Source of the DNA: a virus
Taxonomy: Duplodnaviria; Heunggongvirae; Uroviricota; Caudoviricetes
Direction: 5' to 3' (one strand)
IMG/VR virus record: IMGVR_UViG_2585427657_000001
DNA length: 11,394 nucleotides
Shown here: positions 1-6,643 of the stretch, in pieces
How positions within the stretch are numbered: position 1 is the first letter of the stretch
How the letters are laid out: each line of letters starts with the position of its first letter
Position numbers and translations under genes: made by a program
Notes under the pieces: model-generated
Database searches by the model: none
Told to the model about the DNA's origin: nothing
What the model saw: the letters and a program-made list of their open reading frames with translations, nothing else

Positions 1-228
1 ATGCGTGAAGTATGGACAAGCACAGCAGCGAACGAGGAAGGATTCGAGCCGGACGTAATAGAGGCGGCACTTGCCCACGTCGACACCAACGAAGTTAGAC
101 GGGCATACAACCGGAGCAACTACATAGAAAAACGCATCGTGCTGATGCGCTGGTGGGGCGAATTTGTCGAGGCTGCGGCGACGGGCGTAACCCTCGCCAG
201 TGGTAAAAGGGGTATCCGAGCCGTGTAG
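1..228 (+). CDS. int: P4-family tyrosine integrase, C-terminal fragment; the 5' part of the gene lies upstream of the window
   Basis: Translation ...DVIEAALAHVDTNEVRRAYNRSNYIEKRIVLMRWWGEF... resembles the conserved C-terminal catalytic region of P4/CP4-57-type integrases (LAH...VRxAYNR...Y motif). Frame is open to position 1 and stops at 226-228. Confidence 0.8.
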   Translation: MREVWTSTAANEEGFEPDVIEAALAHVDTNEVRRAYNRSNYIEKRIVLMRWWGEFVEAAATGVTLASGKRGIRAV

Positions 229-305
229 CTGTACAGAAAACCAGTAAAAACTACGAAAACCATGTAAAACCGTCGTATAATTGCATCAAATTTAACGACA
301 AGGCC

Positions 306-557
306 GTGAAACATGAAACCGTTAAGATGCAAAAAAATATCAGATGCAATTGCGACGGGCTGCAACTGGCCCTGATGGTTCAGCATGAATTTTGGTCAAC
401 CTACGATCCGGAGGACAGAACGACGGCCCCATCAAAAAAACAGGTAGTAGATTTTCTGGTATCCCGTGGCGCTTCCAGAAATCTGGCGGTAAGTATTGAT
501 AAGGTCGTACGTCCGGCATCTATGAAGATCGGAGGCAGGCCCAAAAAATGGCGGTAA
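306..557 (+). CDS. Hypothetical small protein (83 aa with GTG start at 306; alternative ATG at 327)
   Basis: ORF directly followed by a rho-independent terminator at 567-591. No recognisable motif and start codon uncertain. Confidence 0.3.
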   Translation: MKHETVKMQKNIRCNCDGLQLALMVQHEFWSTYDPEDRTTAPSKKQVVDFLVSRGASRNLAVSIDKVVRPASMKIGGRPKKWR

Positions 558-566
558 CAATCCTGG

Positions 567-591
567 AAGCGGCAGAAATGCCGCTTTTTTT
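567..591 (+). terminator. Rho-independent terminator
   Basis: 8-bp stem AAGCGGCA / TGCCGCTT with GAAA loop, followed by a T-run (TTTTTTT). Confidence 0.55.
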
Positions 592-620
592 ATAATTCCA
601 TTTCAAATCATCAATATAAA

Positions 621-720
621 AACGGTGTATACCGTTTAAAAACGGTGGGAACTGTTTTTACCCATATCCGATGATTTACCGTATTTGTCACCGGAATACA
701 CCGGATTCACAAGGTAAATC
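621..720. promoter_or_regulatory. Repeat-rich region upstream of alpA (candidate operator/promoter)
   Basis: AAACGGT-gtat-ACCGTTT hairpin-like inverted repeat (622-639); direct repeat AAAAACGGTG twice; tandem CACCGGA(A/T)T repeats (689-708); 8-bp inverted repeat GATTTACC (673-680) / GGTAAATC (713-720) ending 3 nt before the alpA start. Confidence 0.3.
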
Positions 721-723
721 ACG

Positions 724-930
724 ATGGAAGCAATCAGAAAAATTATCTTTCGCCAGGAAGTAAAAAAAATTATCCACATCAAGGCAGACAGCACGCTGCA
801 AAGCATGATCAACGCCGGAGAATTTCCGCAGGGTTTTCGCGTTGGTTTACGCCGTCGCGGATGGTATGAGGATGATGTGTTGGCCTGGCAGAAAGAACGC
901 GAACAGGAAGCACGCGGAACGGCTGCTTAA
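724..930 (+). CDS. alpA: AlpA-family DNA-binding regulator (prophage CP4-57 regulatory protein family; excisionase-like HTH)
   Basis: 68-aa product; segment ...STLQSMINAGEFPQGFRVGLRRRGWYEDDVLAWQ... fits the AlpA pattern (S-T-I-Y...G-x-F-P-x-P-x-K-L-G-x-R-x-V-x-W...E-I-x-x-W). Position right after int is typical of P4-like and PICI elements. Confidence 0.75.
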   Translation: MEAIRKIIFRQEVKKIIHIKADSTLQSMINAGEFPQGFRVGLRRRGWYEDDVLAWQKEREQEARGTAA

Positions 931-1114
931 CGGGTATCACAGATATGACAAACACGAAAAAAGCGGCCCCGATATGGAGCCGCCTTTCTGAACAATTAAC
1001 CCGCTGCGCCTTATGTGTATATGATCCCAAACATAAGCACGGGGATGATAGCCGCTATCAAAAAGTAACGGGTATTTTATCAAAAAAGTAACGGGCGGCT
1101 GGTGGGCAATGCAA

Positions 1115-1288
1115 TCAGTCTGGTTCAGTTCGTTGCCATACCTGCAATGAGCGCTTTTCCCTGTATTCTTTAAGGAATTGCTCAAGGGCAAAAGCACATG
1201 GCGCGAATCTTTCTGATTCATGCTCTATCTTTCTGCGCCGTCTTTTCCGTGCCGGTGATAATGTTTTGGTCAATTCTTTATCGGTCAT
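1115..1288 (-). CDS. Hypothetical small basic protein (57 aa, MTDKELTKTLSPARKRRRRK...)
   Basis: Minus-strand ORF about 55 bp downstream of the 1346-1651 regulator gene on the same strand, with an AGGA about 7 nt before the ATG at 1288. No homology recognised. Confidence 0.25.
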   Translation of the reverse strand: MTDKELTKTLSPARKRRRRKIEHESERFAPCAFALEQFLKEYREKRSLQVWQRTEPD

Positions 1289-1345
1289 TGTGTTGTCCTG
1301 CATAGCAATGCGCCGTAATACCTTACACCACGGCGCTGATGGTGA

Positions 1346-1651
1346 TTACTCTGGTTCTTTGGTCTTGCGGCGCTGGAGTTCTTCACGTGCGACAGTGACG
1401 AGCTGCCCGATCTCCTCGGCGGCTTTGATTCCGAGTTTTTCCACCTGCGCCAGTGCATCGTGCGAAGAAATCAGGGGGTTTTCTCCGCTTCCTTCTGCCT
1501 GGCGGCGGGCGATTTCACCGCGCATGGCGGTTACTATGAATCCGGCGTTGCTTTCACCGTCCAGTTTTACGGATTCCATGCCTTCAATAACATCATGCGG
1601 GATCCGAGCTGTCAGTGATTGTGATTTTGCGTTTTTTGAACCTGTAGCCAT
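1346..1651 (-). CDS. Small DNA-binding regulator, ribbon-helix-helix (Arc/MetJ-like) pattern at the N-terminus; candidate island repressor
   Basis: Start ATG at 1651 preceded by GAGAGGA (better than the upstream ATG at 1666). N-terminal SLTARIPHDVIEGMESVKLDGESNAGFIVTAMRGEIARR fits strand-helix-turn-helix of RHH proteins. Divergent from the small-ORF/primase operon. Confidence 0.55.
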   Translation of the reverse strand: MATGSKNAKSQSLTARIPHDVIEGMESVKLDGESNAGFIVTAMRGEIARRQAEGSGENPLISSHDALAQVEKLGIKAAEEIGQLVTVAREELQRRKTKEPE

Positions 1652-1672
1652 CTGTAATCCTCTCAATGAAAG

Positions 1673-1749
1673 TGTAAGACAATATACACATAAAAAGTCT
1701 TACATAAAAGCATTGACATGTAAGCCACCTATAAATAAAGTTACTTACA
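1673..1749. promoter_or_regulatory. Divergent promoter/operator region: two inverted-repeat pairs and a candidate sigma70 promoter
   Basis: Perfect 8-bp inverted repeat TGTAAGAC (1673-1680) / GTCTTACA (1697-1704) with 16-nt spacer; second pair TGTAAG (1719-1724) / CTTACA (1744-1749); TTGACA (1713-1718) -N17- TAAAGT (1736-1741) reading rightward and overlapping the second pair. Confidence 0.45.
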
Positions 1750-1847
1750 CCTTGTTAATGCAAGGTGCAGAAACGACGAAACCCCGCACTGTAGGAGCAG
1801 TAACGGGGCTTCTAACCACCAACGATAGCAAGATTATCGAGGCAGCT

Positions 1848-2048
1848 ATGAGAAATTATACCATACACCCGCAAGGGCGGGACTCGTACAACCTGAATAA
1901 ATACATCTGGCGTTTTATCGCCCTGAGCACGGCACAACCGCGCGTGATTACCATCGAGGCCACCAGCGAACAGGAAGCGCGTCAGCAATCTCCGGCTGGC
2001 TGCGTGATGGTATTTGCTGCCCGTATTCGTCAGGGGGTAGGCTTATGA
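1848..2048 (+). CDS. Hypothetical protein (66 aa), first gene of the small-ORF/primase operon
   Basis: ATG at 1848 with GAGG 6 nt upstream; stop overlaps the next start (ATGA at 2045-2048). The longer ORF 1266-2048 is antisense to the regulator gene in its 5' part and is not supported. Confidence 0.4.
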   Translation: MRNYTIHPQGRDSYNLNKYIWRFIALSTAQPRVITIEATSEQEARQQSPAGCVMVFAARIRQGVGL

Positions 2049-2275
2049 GCCAGGAAATCACACTACAACAGGCAGCAGAACGCGCCCACCAAATCGAAGT
2101 TATTTGCGCACTGGCAGAGGATTACCCTGGCATGATGACCGACAGCGAATCAGGGGCAATCATCGGCTTACTTAAACGCCTTAGCGGTGAGGTCTGCGTA
2201 TTCCTGAGCGATGAACAGGAAAGAAGAACGCTTATTTCTAACGAAAAAAAATGCGGAGGGGTACATGTGCAATAA
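2045..2275 (+). CDS. Hypothetical protein (76 aa)
   Basis: ATGA overlap with the upstream ORF; part of a chain of coupled small ORFs. No homology recognised. Confidence 0.5.
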   Translation: MSQEITLQQAAERAHQIEVICALAEDYPGMMTDSESGAIIGLLKRLSGEVCVFLSDEQERRTLISNEKKCGGVHVQ

Positions 2276-2486
2276 AACCACACCGGACGCAGCAGCCGCC
2301 GCGCTCACTACGCTGATGCACGCGCTTATCGATATTGAATGCACTGCAGAGCTTGCGCAGGGAGAAGAACAGAAAGACCGGACACAGTTCGCCCTGGAAT
2401 GTATCCGATACATCGCAACACGGTCGCTGAATGACGCTAAAAATATTCTTGTTGCTGATTGTGAAAATGGGGGGGGTTATGCGTGA
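2265..2486 (+). CDS. Hypothetical protein (73 aa from ATG 2265)
   Basis: GGAGGGG ending 3 nt before ATG 2265; overlaps neighbours by 11 and 8 nt. The ORF track starts at 2211, but 2265 has the better ribosome-binding site. Confidence 0.45.
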   Translation: MCNKTTPDAAAAALTTLMHALIDIECTAELAQGEEQKDRTQFALECIRYIATRSLNDAKNILVADCENGGGYA

Positions 2487-2700
2487 TGATCGTTTTAATT
2501 CCCTGAAACAGGAATTTTCCGGCGTTCCTGATGATGCGGCTGATGCGCTTTCGTCAATGCCAGAACTTATTAGAGCGGCTTTTTTCTTACTTTCCACGAG
2601 AGAATATAAATCAACGGGGCTTGATGTACTGAATATCGCCGCCGATTATGCTGATTTCGTGACAGAGGTTATTTTAAGAAAAACGACGGACGGGGATTAA
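2479..2700 (+). CDS. Hypothetical protein (73 aa from ATG 2479)
   Basis: G-rich Shine-Dalgarno before ATG 2479; overlaps the upstream ORF stop. The ORF track start at 2431 would overlap the previous gene extensively. Confidence 0.45.
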   Translation: MRDDRFNSLKQEFSGVPDDAADALSSMPELIRAAFFLLSTREYKSTGLDVLNIAADYADFVTEVILRKTTDGD

Positions 2701-2701
2701 T

Positions 2702-2935
2702 ATGCGTGATATTTACCACGAAACAATAGACCGCGCATTTCTTGCACTTTCTCACAGTGAAAACATGCTGGAAATATTGCGCATATGGCTTGAAACACTT
2801 GGCGACAATGAACGCGACAAACAAAAATCAAGAATTGCCACGGCATTAATAACGCTTCTTGAGCCTGTAATAATGGAACTGCAAGAAATAGATCTATTGC
2901 ACGATAGATATAAAGAACAGCACACCGGAGAATAA
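2702..2935 (+). CDS. Hypothetical protein (77 aa)
   Basis: Starts 2 nt after the upstream stop, with GGGGA upstream. No homology recognised. Confidence 0.5.
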   Translation: MRDIYHETIDRAFLALSHSENMLEILRIWLETLGDNERDKQKSRIATALITLLEPVIMELQEIDLLHDRYKEQHTGE

Positions 2936-2940
2936 AAATA

Positions 2941-3240
2941 ATGAAACTTAAATATTCTGGCTTAACTGCCAGTGGCAACACTCACCCTAAATTTACGCGC
3001 GGCGATATTTACCGCGACCAGTACGGCGGCACGGTAATGATTAAGGGCGTGGCGGGACGGTGCGTAACTTACCGCCGTGAAGGTTACGAATATGATTGCG
3101 TGATGCCTGTTTATCAGTTCCGGCGTGATTTTTCTCTGGTACAGACCGCGCCGCATAACGTGCCCACCAGCAACGCCAGGGCACGGGCAAACATCCAGAA
3201 GCTGAAAACCATGATTAACGGATTCAGGGGTAAAAAATGA
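2941..3240 (+). CDS. Hypothetical protein (99 aa), translationally coupled to the primase
   Basis: GGAGAA Shine-Dalgarno before ATG 2941; stop overlaps the primase start (ATGA at 3237-3240). Confidence 0.55.
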   Translation: MKLKYSGLTASGNTHPKFTRGDIYRDQYGGTVMIKGVAGRCVTYRREGYEYDCVMPVYQFRRDFSLVQTAPHNVPTSNARARANIQKLKTMINGFRGKK

Positions 3241-4991
3241 AACTGGCACCGAACGTAAAACAGCAGTCACGCGGCATAAAACACAAAGGAACAGAAGTCA
3301 TTATTTTTGCGGGTAGTGATGCCTGGGCACACGCGAAACAATGGCAGGAACATGATGCGCGTATGGCCGGAGATAATGAGCCTCCTGTGTGGCTTGGGGA
3401 GCAGCAGTTATCAGAACTGGATAAGCTGCAAATTGTGCCGGAAGGCAGAAAATCCGTGCGCATATTCAGGGCCGGATATCTTGCGCCAGTAATGATAAAG
3501 GCGATTGGTCAGAAGCTGGCGGCGGCAGGCGTACAGGATGCAAATTTTTACCCTGATGGTATGCACGGTCAGAAGGTGGAGAACTGGCGCGAATATCTGG
3601 CCCGTGAGCGCCAGAATCTTTCTGATGGTCTGGTCATTGAGCTTCCGGTAAAGCAAAAGGCGCAACTTTCGCAGATGGCGGACAGTGAGCGCGCGCAGCT
3701 GCTTGCCGATCGCTTTGATGGCGTTTGCGTACATCCTGAAAGTGAAATCGTTCACGTATGGCGCGGCGGGGTATGGTGTCCGGTCAGCACAATGGAACTT
3801 AGCCGCGAAATGGTGGCGATCTATTCAGAGCACAGGGCCACTTTCAGCAAGCGCGTAATCAATAACGCCGTGGAAGCGTTAAAAGTTATTGCCGAACCAA
3901 TGGGCGAGCCGTCCGGCGATTTGCTGCCGTTCGCCAATGGTGCGCTTGACCTGAAAACGGGGGAATTTTCCCCGCACACGCCGGAGAACTGGATCACCAC
4001 GCACAACGGCATTGAGTACACGCCACCAGCACCAGGGGAGAACATCCGCGATAACGCGCCAAACTTTCATAAATGGCTTGAGCACGCAGCCGGAAAAGAC
4101 CCGCGCAAGATGATGCGTATATGTGCCGCGCTGTACATGATTATGGCGAACCGGTACGACTGGCAGATGTTTATTGAGGCCACCGGAGACGGCGGGAGCG
4201 GTAAAAGTACATTCACACACATAGCCAGCCTTCTGGCAGGGAAACAAAACACGGTAAGCGCTGAAATGACATCGCTTGATGATGCTGGTGGGCGTGCGCA
4301 GGTTGTCGGGAGTCGTCTTATCGTCCTGGCAGACCAGCCGAAATATACAGGCGAAGGAACGGGCATCAAGAAAATCACGGGCGGCGACCCCGTGGAAATT
4401 AACCCGAAATATGAAAAGCGTTTTACGGCGGTAATCAGGGCGGTGGTGCTGGCAACCAATAACAATCCGATGATATTCACCGAACGGGCCGGAGGTGTGG
4501 CACGTCGTCGGGTGATATTCCGGTTCGATAACATCGTAAGCGAGGCAGAAAAAGACAGGGAGCTACCGGAAAAGATCGCGGCTGAAATCCCTGTCATTAT
4601 CCGCCGCTTGCTGGCGAACTTTGCCGACCCTGAAAAGGCACGGGCTTTACTCATTGAACAGCGTGACGGTGATGAAGCACTGGCAATAAAGCAACAGACG
4701 GATCCGGTTATTGAGTTTTGCCAGTTCCTGAATTTTCTGGAGGAAGCACGCGGCCTGATGATGGGCGGCGGTGGCGATTCAGTGAAGTACACGACCAGAA
4801 ACAGCCTTTACCGCGTCTATCTGGCGTTTATGGCGTACGCAGGCAGGAGCAAACCGCTAAACGTAAATGACTTTGGCAAGGCTATGAAGCCAGCCGCGAA
4901 AGTTTACGGACATGAATATATTACGCGGAAAGTTAAAGGAGTAACGCAGACTAACGCAATAACAACAGACGATTGCGACGCGTTTTTATAA
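3237..4991 (+). CDS. Replication initiator: primase/helicase of the phage-plasmid P4 (alpha) / PICI Pri-Rep type
   Basis: 584-aa protein with Walker A P-loop GDGGSGKST and a following hydrophobic-Asp segment (SRLIVLADQP) typical of D5/P4-alpha-like primase-helicases. Sits between alpA and an iteron array as in satellite replication modules. Confidence 0.8.
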   Translation: MKLAPNVKQQSRGIKHKGTEVIIFAGSDAWAHAKQWQEHDARMAGDNEPPVWLGEQQLSELDKLQIVPEGRKSVRIFRAGYLAPVMIKAIGQKLAAAGVQDANFYPDGMHGQKVENWREYLARERQNLSDGLVIELPVKQKAQLSQMADSERAQLLADRFDGVCVHPESEIVHVWRGGVWCPVSTMELSREMVAIYSEHRATFSKRVINNAVEALKVIAEPMGEPSGDLLPFANGALDLKTGEFSPHTPENWITTHNGIEYTPPAPGENIRDNAPNFHKWLEHAAGKDPRKMMRICAALYMIMANRYDWQMFIEATGDGGSGKSTFTHIASLLAGKQNTVSAEMTSLDDAGGRAQVVGSRLIVLADQPKYTGEGTGIKKITGGDPVEINPKYEKRFTAVIRAVVLATNNNPMIFTERAGGVARRRVIFRFDNIVSEAEKDRELPEKIAAEIPVIIRRLLANFADPEKARALLIEQRDGDEALAIKQQTDPVIEFCQFLNFLEEARGLMMGGGGDSVKYTTRNSLYRVYLAFMAYAGRSKPLNVNDFGKAMKPAAKVYGHEYITRKVKGVTQTNAITTDDCDAFL

Positions 4992-5004
4992 TTTGTTGCA
5001 ATGG

Positions 5005-5232
5005 CTGTCTACCCTGTCTACCTGAGTAAAGAAAAATACATTTAATTCAGTGCATTAAGTTAGGTAGATAGCCTTTTTTTACTGTCTACCCACTATCTAC
5101 CCTCTCTACCTGATTTTACCTGAATCAGACAGGGAGGTAGACACGGGGTAGATAGTGGATAAAAGCACTCTACCCCGCTGAAAGCCGCGCCATTACTGGC
5201 ATGAGGGCCACTAAGGTAGATAAGGTAGACAA
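5005..5232. repeat. Iteron array; candidate replication origin
   Basis: Eleven copies of a 9-mer with core TCTACC (CTGTCTACC, CTATCTACC, CTCTCTACC and complements GGTAGATAG, GGTAGACAC, GGTAGACAA) in both orientations at 5005-5013, 5014-5022, 5063-5071, 5082-5090, 5093-5101, 5102-5110, 5136-5144, 5147-5155, 5166-5174, 5215-5223, 5224-5232, with an AT-rich stretch at 5023-5060, directly downstream of the primase gene. Confidence 0.7.
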
Positions 5233-5279
5233 GGGGAGGCACAACTCAAAACTTTTTAAACGAGGGGGTAAAAATAAAT

Positions 5280-5558
5280 ATGCACACTTCAGGGAAATTT
5301 AATAAATCACTCAAAAAACGCAGAGACAGAACAGAACCGAAATATCGCGCGTTAGACATGACAGAGCACGCTTTAAAGGTGGCAATCAGAACGATAGACC
5401 GACACGTAGGGGAAGGATACGCGAAGGAACATCCCGACCTGATAAGCGCATTCATGACCACAGCAGCGGCAAACTTTGCCACGCTGACAGAACGGGAGAT
5501 TGCCGAAGCGGAACAGGTAACAACCATCAACGTTAAAACCGGAGAGGTGGAATCATGA
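5280..5558 (+). CDS. Hypothetical protein (92 aa)
   Basis: Strong Shine-Dalgarno GAGGGGG before ATG 5280; stop overlaps the next start (ATGA at 5555-5558). No homology recognised. Confidence 0.55.
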   Translation: MHTSGKFNKSLKKRRDRTEPKYRALDMTEHALKVAIRTIDRHVGEGYAKEHPDLISAFMTTAAANFATLTEREIAEAEQVTTINVKTGEVES

Positions 5559-5997
5559 CAGCACAGATAGCCGCTTACGGGCGGCTGGTGGACGACCCGC
5601 AGGTAAAACAGACCAGCAAGGGCACACCGATGACGCTGGCGCGTATGGCGGTCCCCCTTCCGTGCAGCCAGGCAGATGACGGAACGGCGACGATGTGGTT
5701 ATCCGTCCTGGCATTTGGCAGACAGGCCGAAGCACTGGAAAGGCACCGCAAGGGTGAACTCCTGAGCGTGGCGGGCATTTGGTAAGCAGGCCGGGTAACA
5801 TGCAGATCAGCCAGTGGACTGGGCAGAACGGAGAAACGCGGCAGGGCTGGCAGGTTATCGCAGACAGTGTAATCAGTGCGCGAACGGCGCGACTGGGCGG
5901 CAAAAAAGGTCAACAGGGCCAGGCTACTGACGCGCTGAACAGGGCAAAACAACAGGCGGGGAATGATGATCCGTACGGGGATAACATACCGTTTTAA
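5555..5997 (+). pseudogene. ssb: Single-stranded DNA-binding protein (SSB)-like gene interrupted by a frameshift (frame change near 5777-5782)
   Basis: N-terminal ORF (5555-5785) ...TMWLSVLAFGRQAEALERHRKGELLSVAG resembles the SSB OB-fold (E. coli ...[28 protein letters not shown]). The downstream frame (ATG 5800 to 5997) continues with MQISQWTGQNGE... and ends DDPYGDNIPF, like the SSB acidic C-terminal tip (DDDIPF). Adding one T to the TTT run at 5778-5780 restores a continuous reading frame. Confidence 0.5.
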
Positions 5998-6012
5998 GCG
6001 ACGAGTGACAGA

Positions 6013-6035
6013 AGCCGGAGCAATCCGGCTTTTTT
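6013..6035 (+). terminator. Rho-independent terminator after the SSB-like gene
   Basis: Stem AGCCGGA / TCCGGCT with GCAA loop followed by TTTTTT. Confidence 0.6.
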
Positions 6036-6085
6036 ACGGGTCCTCCTGGCGGGGTGGGCCTGAACACGGGGCGGGAGGCGCGGAA
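6036..6085 (+). other. Degenerate cos-like remnant (third copy of the cos-associated repeat)
   Basis: GGGTCCTCCTGGCGGGGTGGGCC...ACGGGGCGGGAGGCGCGG parallels the 8502-8551 segment (GGGTCCTTCCCGGAATATGGACCC GTTACG GGGCGGCGACCT CGCGG), but the cosN 12-mer is mutated (GGGCGGGAGGCG). Confidence 0.4.
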
Positions 6086-6210
6086 AAAAGCGCATTTTTG
6101 TGATTTTATCGTCATCATCATCATGAGCGTAATTTATTGTTTTTAATTGTTTTGATGCAAAAAAGATGATGGTTGTGGTTAATTTTCGTTCGACATCTTT
6201 GCAGGCAGAT

Positions 6211-6275
6211 AGCCGGAGCAATCCGGCTTTTTTAAAAAAAGCCCGATAAGGTCAGAGGTGGCTTATCGGGCTTTT
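6211..6275. terminator. Tandem terminators: a second copy of the AGCCGGAGCAATCCGGCT hairpin, then a hairpin flanked by an A-run and a T-run
   Basis: 6211-6233 is identical to the 6013-6035 hairpin plus T-run; 6234-6275 is AAAAAAA GCCCGATAAG ... CTTATCGGGC TTTT. Confidence 0.55.
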
Positions 6276-6352
6276 GCATATGAGGCTTTTTGGTGCACTG
6301 ACACACATGATCGGGATAATCATTTCATAATTTGCAACGCAACTCAACATCA

Positions 6353-6401
6353 TTGCACAAAATGCAATCATGATTATAATCAGAGCTGGATGAACATCCA
6401 G
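6353..6401 (+). promoter_or_regulatory. Candidate promoter of the capsid operon with overlapping dyad operators
   Basis: TTGCAC (6353-6358) -N16- TATAAT (6375-6380); inverted repeat ATTGCA-caaaa-TGCAAT (6352-6368) over the -35; 16-bp near-palindrome CTGGATG-AA-CATCCAG (6386-6401) at the predicted transcript start; AAGAGGAA ribosome-binding site before ATG 6437. Confidence 0.5.
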
Positions 6402-6436
6402 TTATGATTTTTTAAGTCAAAGAGGAATTTCTTACT

Positions 6437-6643
6437 ATGGCTGAAGAGAAAAAAGGCGGTGTTTCGGTGTACATAAGCCCCGACATCGTGAAGGCGCTCA
6501 AGGAACGCCACCAGCAGAACGTAAAAGCAGGCATTGCGGCAGGACTTGATCCGCTGGCGATGGTTGAGCCGTCAACAGGCTGGCAGGTACGCTCCTATTT
6601 ACGCGCGGCGCTGGGCATAAATCAGACTCATGGGGGTGAATAA
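6437..6643 (+). CDS. Hypothetical protein (68 aa), translationally coupled to the major capsid gene
   Basis: Good Shine-Dalgarno; TAATG stop/start overlap with the capsid gene at 6641-6645. N-terminal VSVYISPDIVKALKERH could be a ribbon-helix-helix motif (weak). Confidence 0.5.
   Translation: MAEEKKGGVSVYISPDIVKALKERHQQNVKAGIAAGLDPLAMVEPSTGWQVRSYLRAALGINQTHGGE

Noticed and set aside
229-305. tRNA gene as integration target next to int
   Set aside because: No cloverleaf-compatible sequence seen here or at the right junction; the A-rich AAAACC repeats here look like promoter or arm-site sequence; integration appears to be at the phoQ 3' end instead.
961-990. Terminator hairpin after alpA (GCGGC...GCCGC followed by CTTTCT)
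   Set aside because: Short stem, long loop and a poor T-run; too weak to call.
1059-1095. Tandem direct repeat TCAAAAAGTAACGGG (two copies about 21 bp apart)
   Set aside because: Only two copies in a region with no confident gene; noted as a possible binding site but no supporting context.
1266-2048. 260-aa plus-strand ORF spanning the divergent intergenic region
   Set aside because: Its 5' two-thirds is antisense to the better-supported regulator gene (1346-1651) and crosses the promoter/operator region; only the 3' part from ATG 1848 has a ribosome-binding site and is called.
4067-4792. 241-aa minus-strand ORF inside the primase gene (also 3411-3755 and 3879-4247 minus)
   Set aside because: Antisense to a protein with clear motifs; Ser/Ala/Arg-rich low-complexity translation typical of antisense frames in GC-rich coding DNA.
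5777-5802. Programmed ribosomal frameshift in the SSB-like gene
   Set aside because: No slippery heptamer or downstream structure; a one-base indel in a T-run is the simpler explanation.
5553-5952. Minus-strand ORFs 5553-5903 and 5575-5952 (Pro/Cys/Arg-rich)
   Set aside because: Antisense to the SSB-like gene; composition not protein-like.
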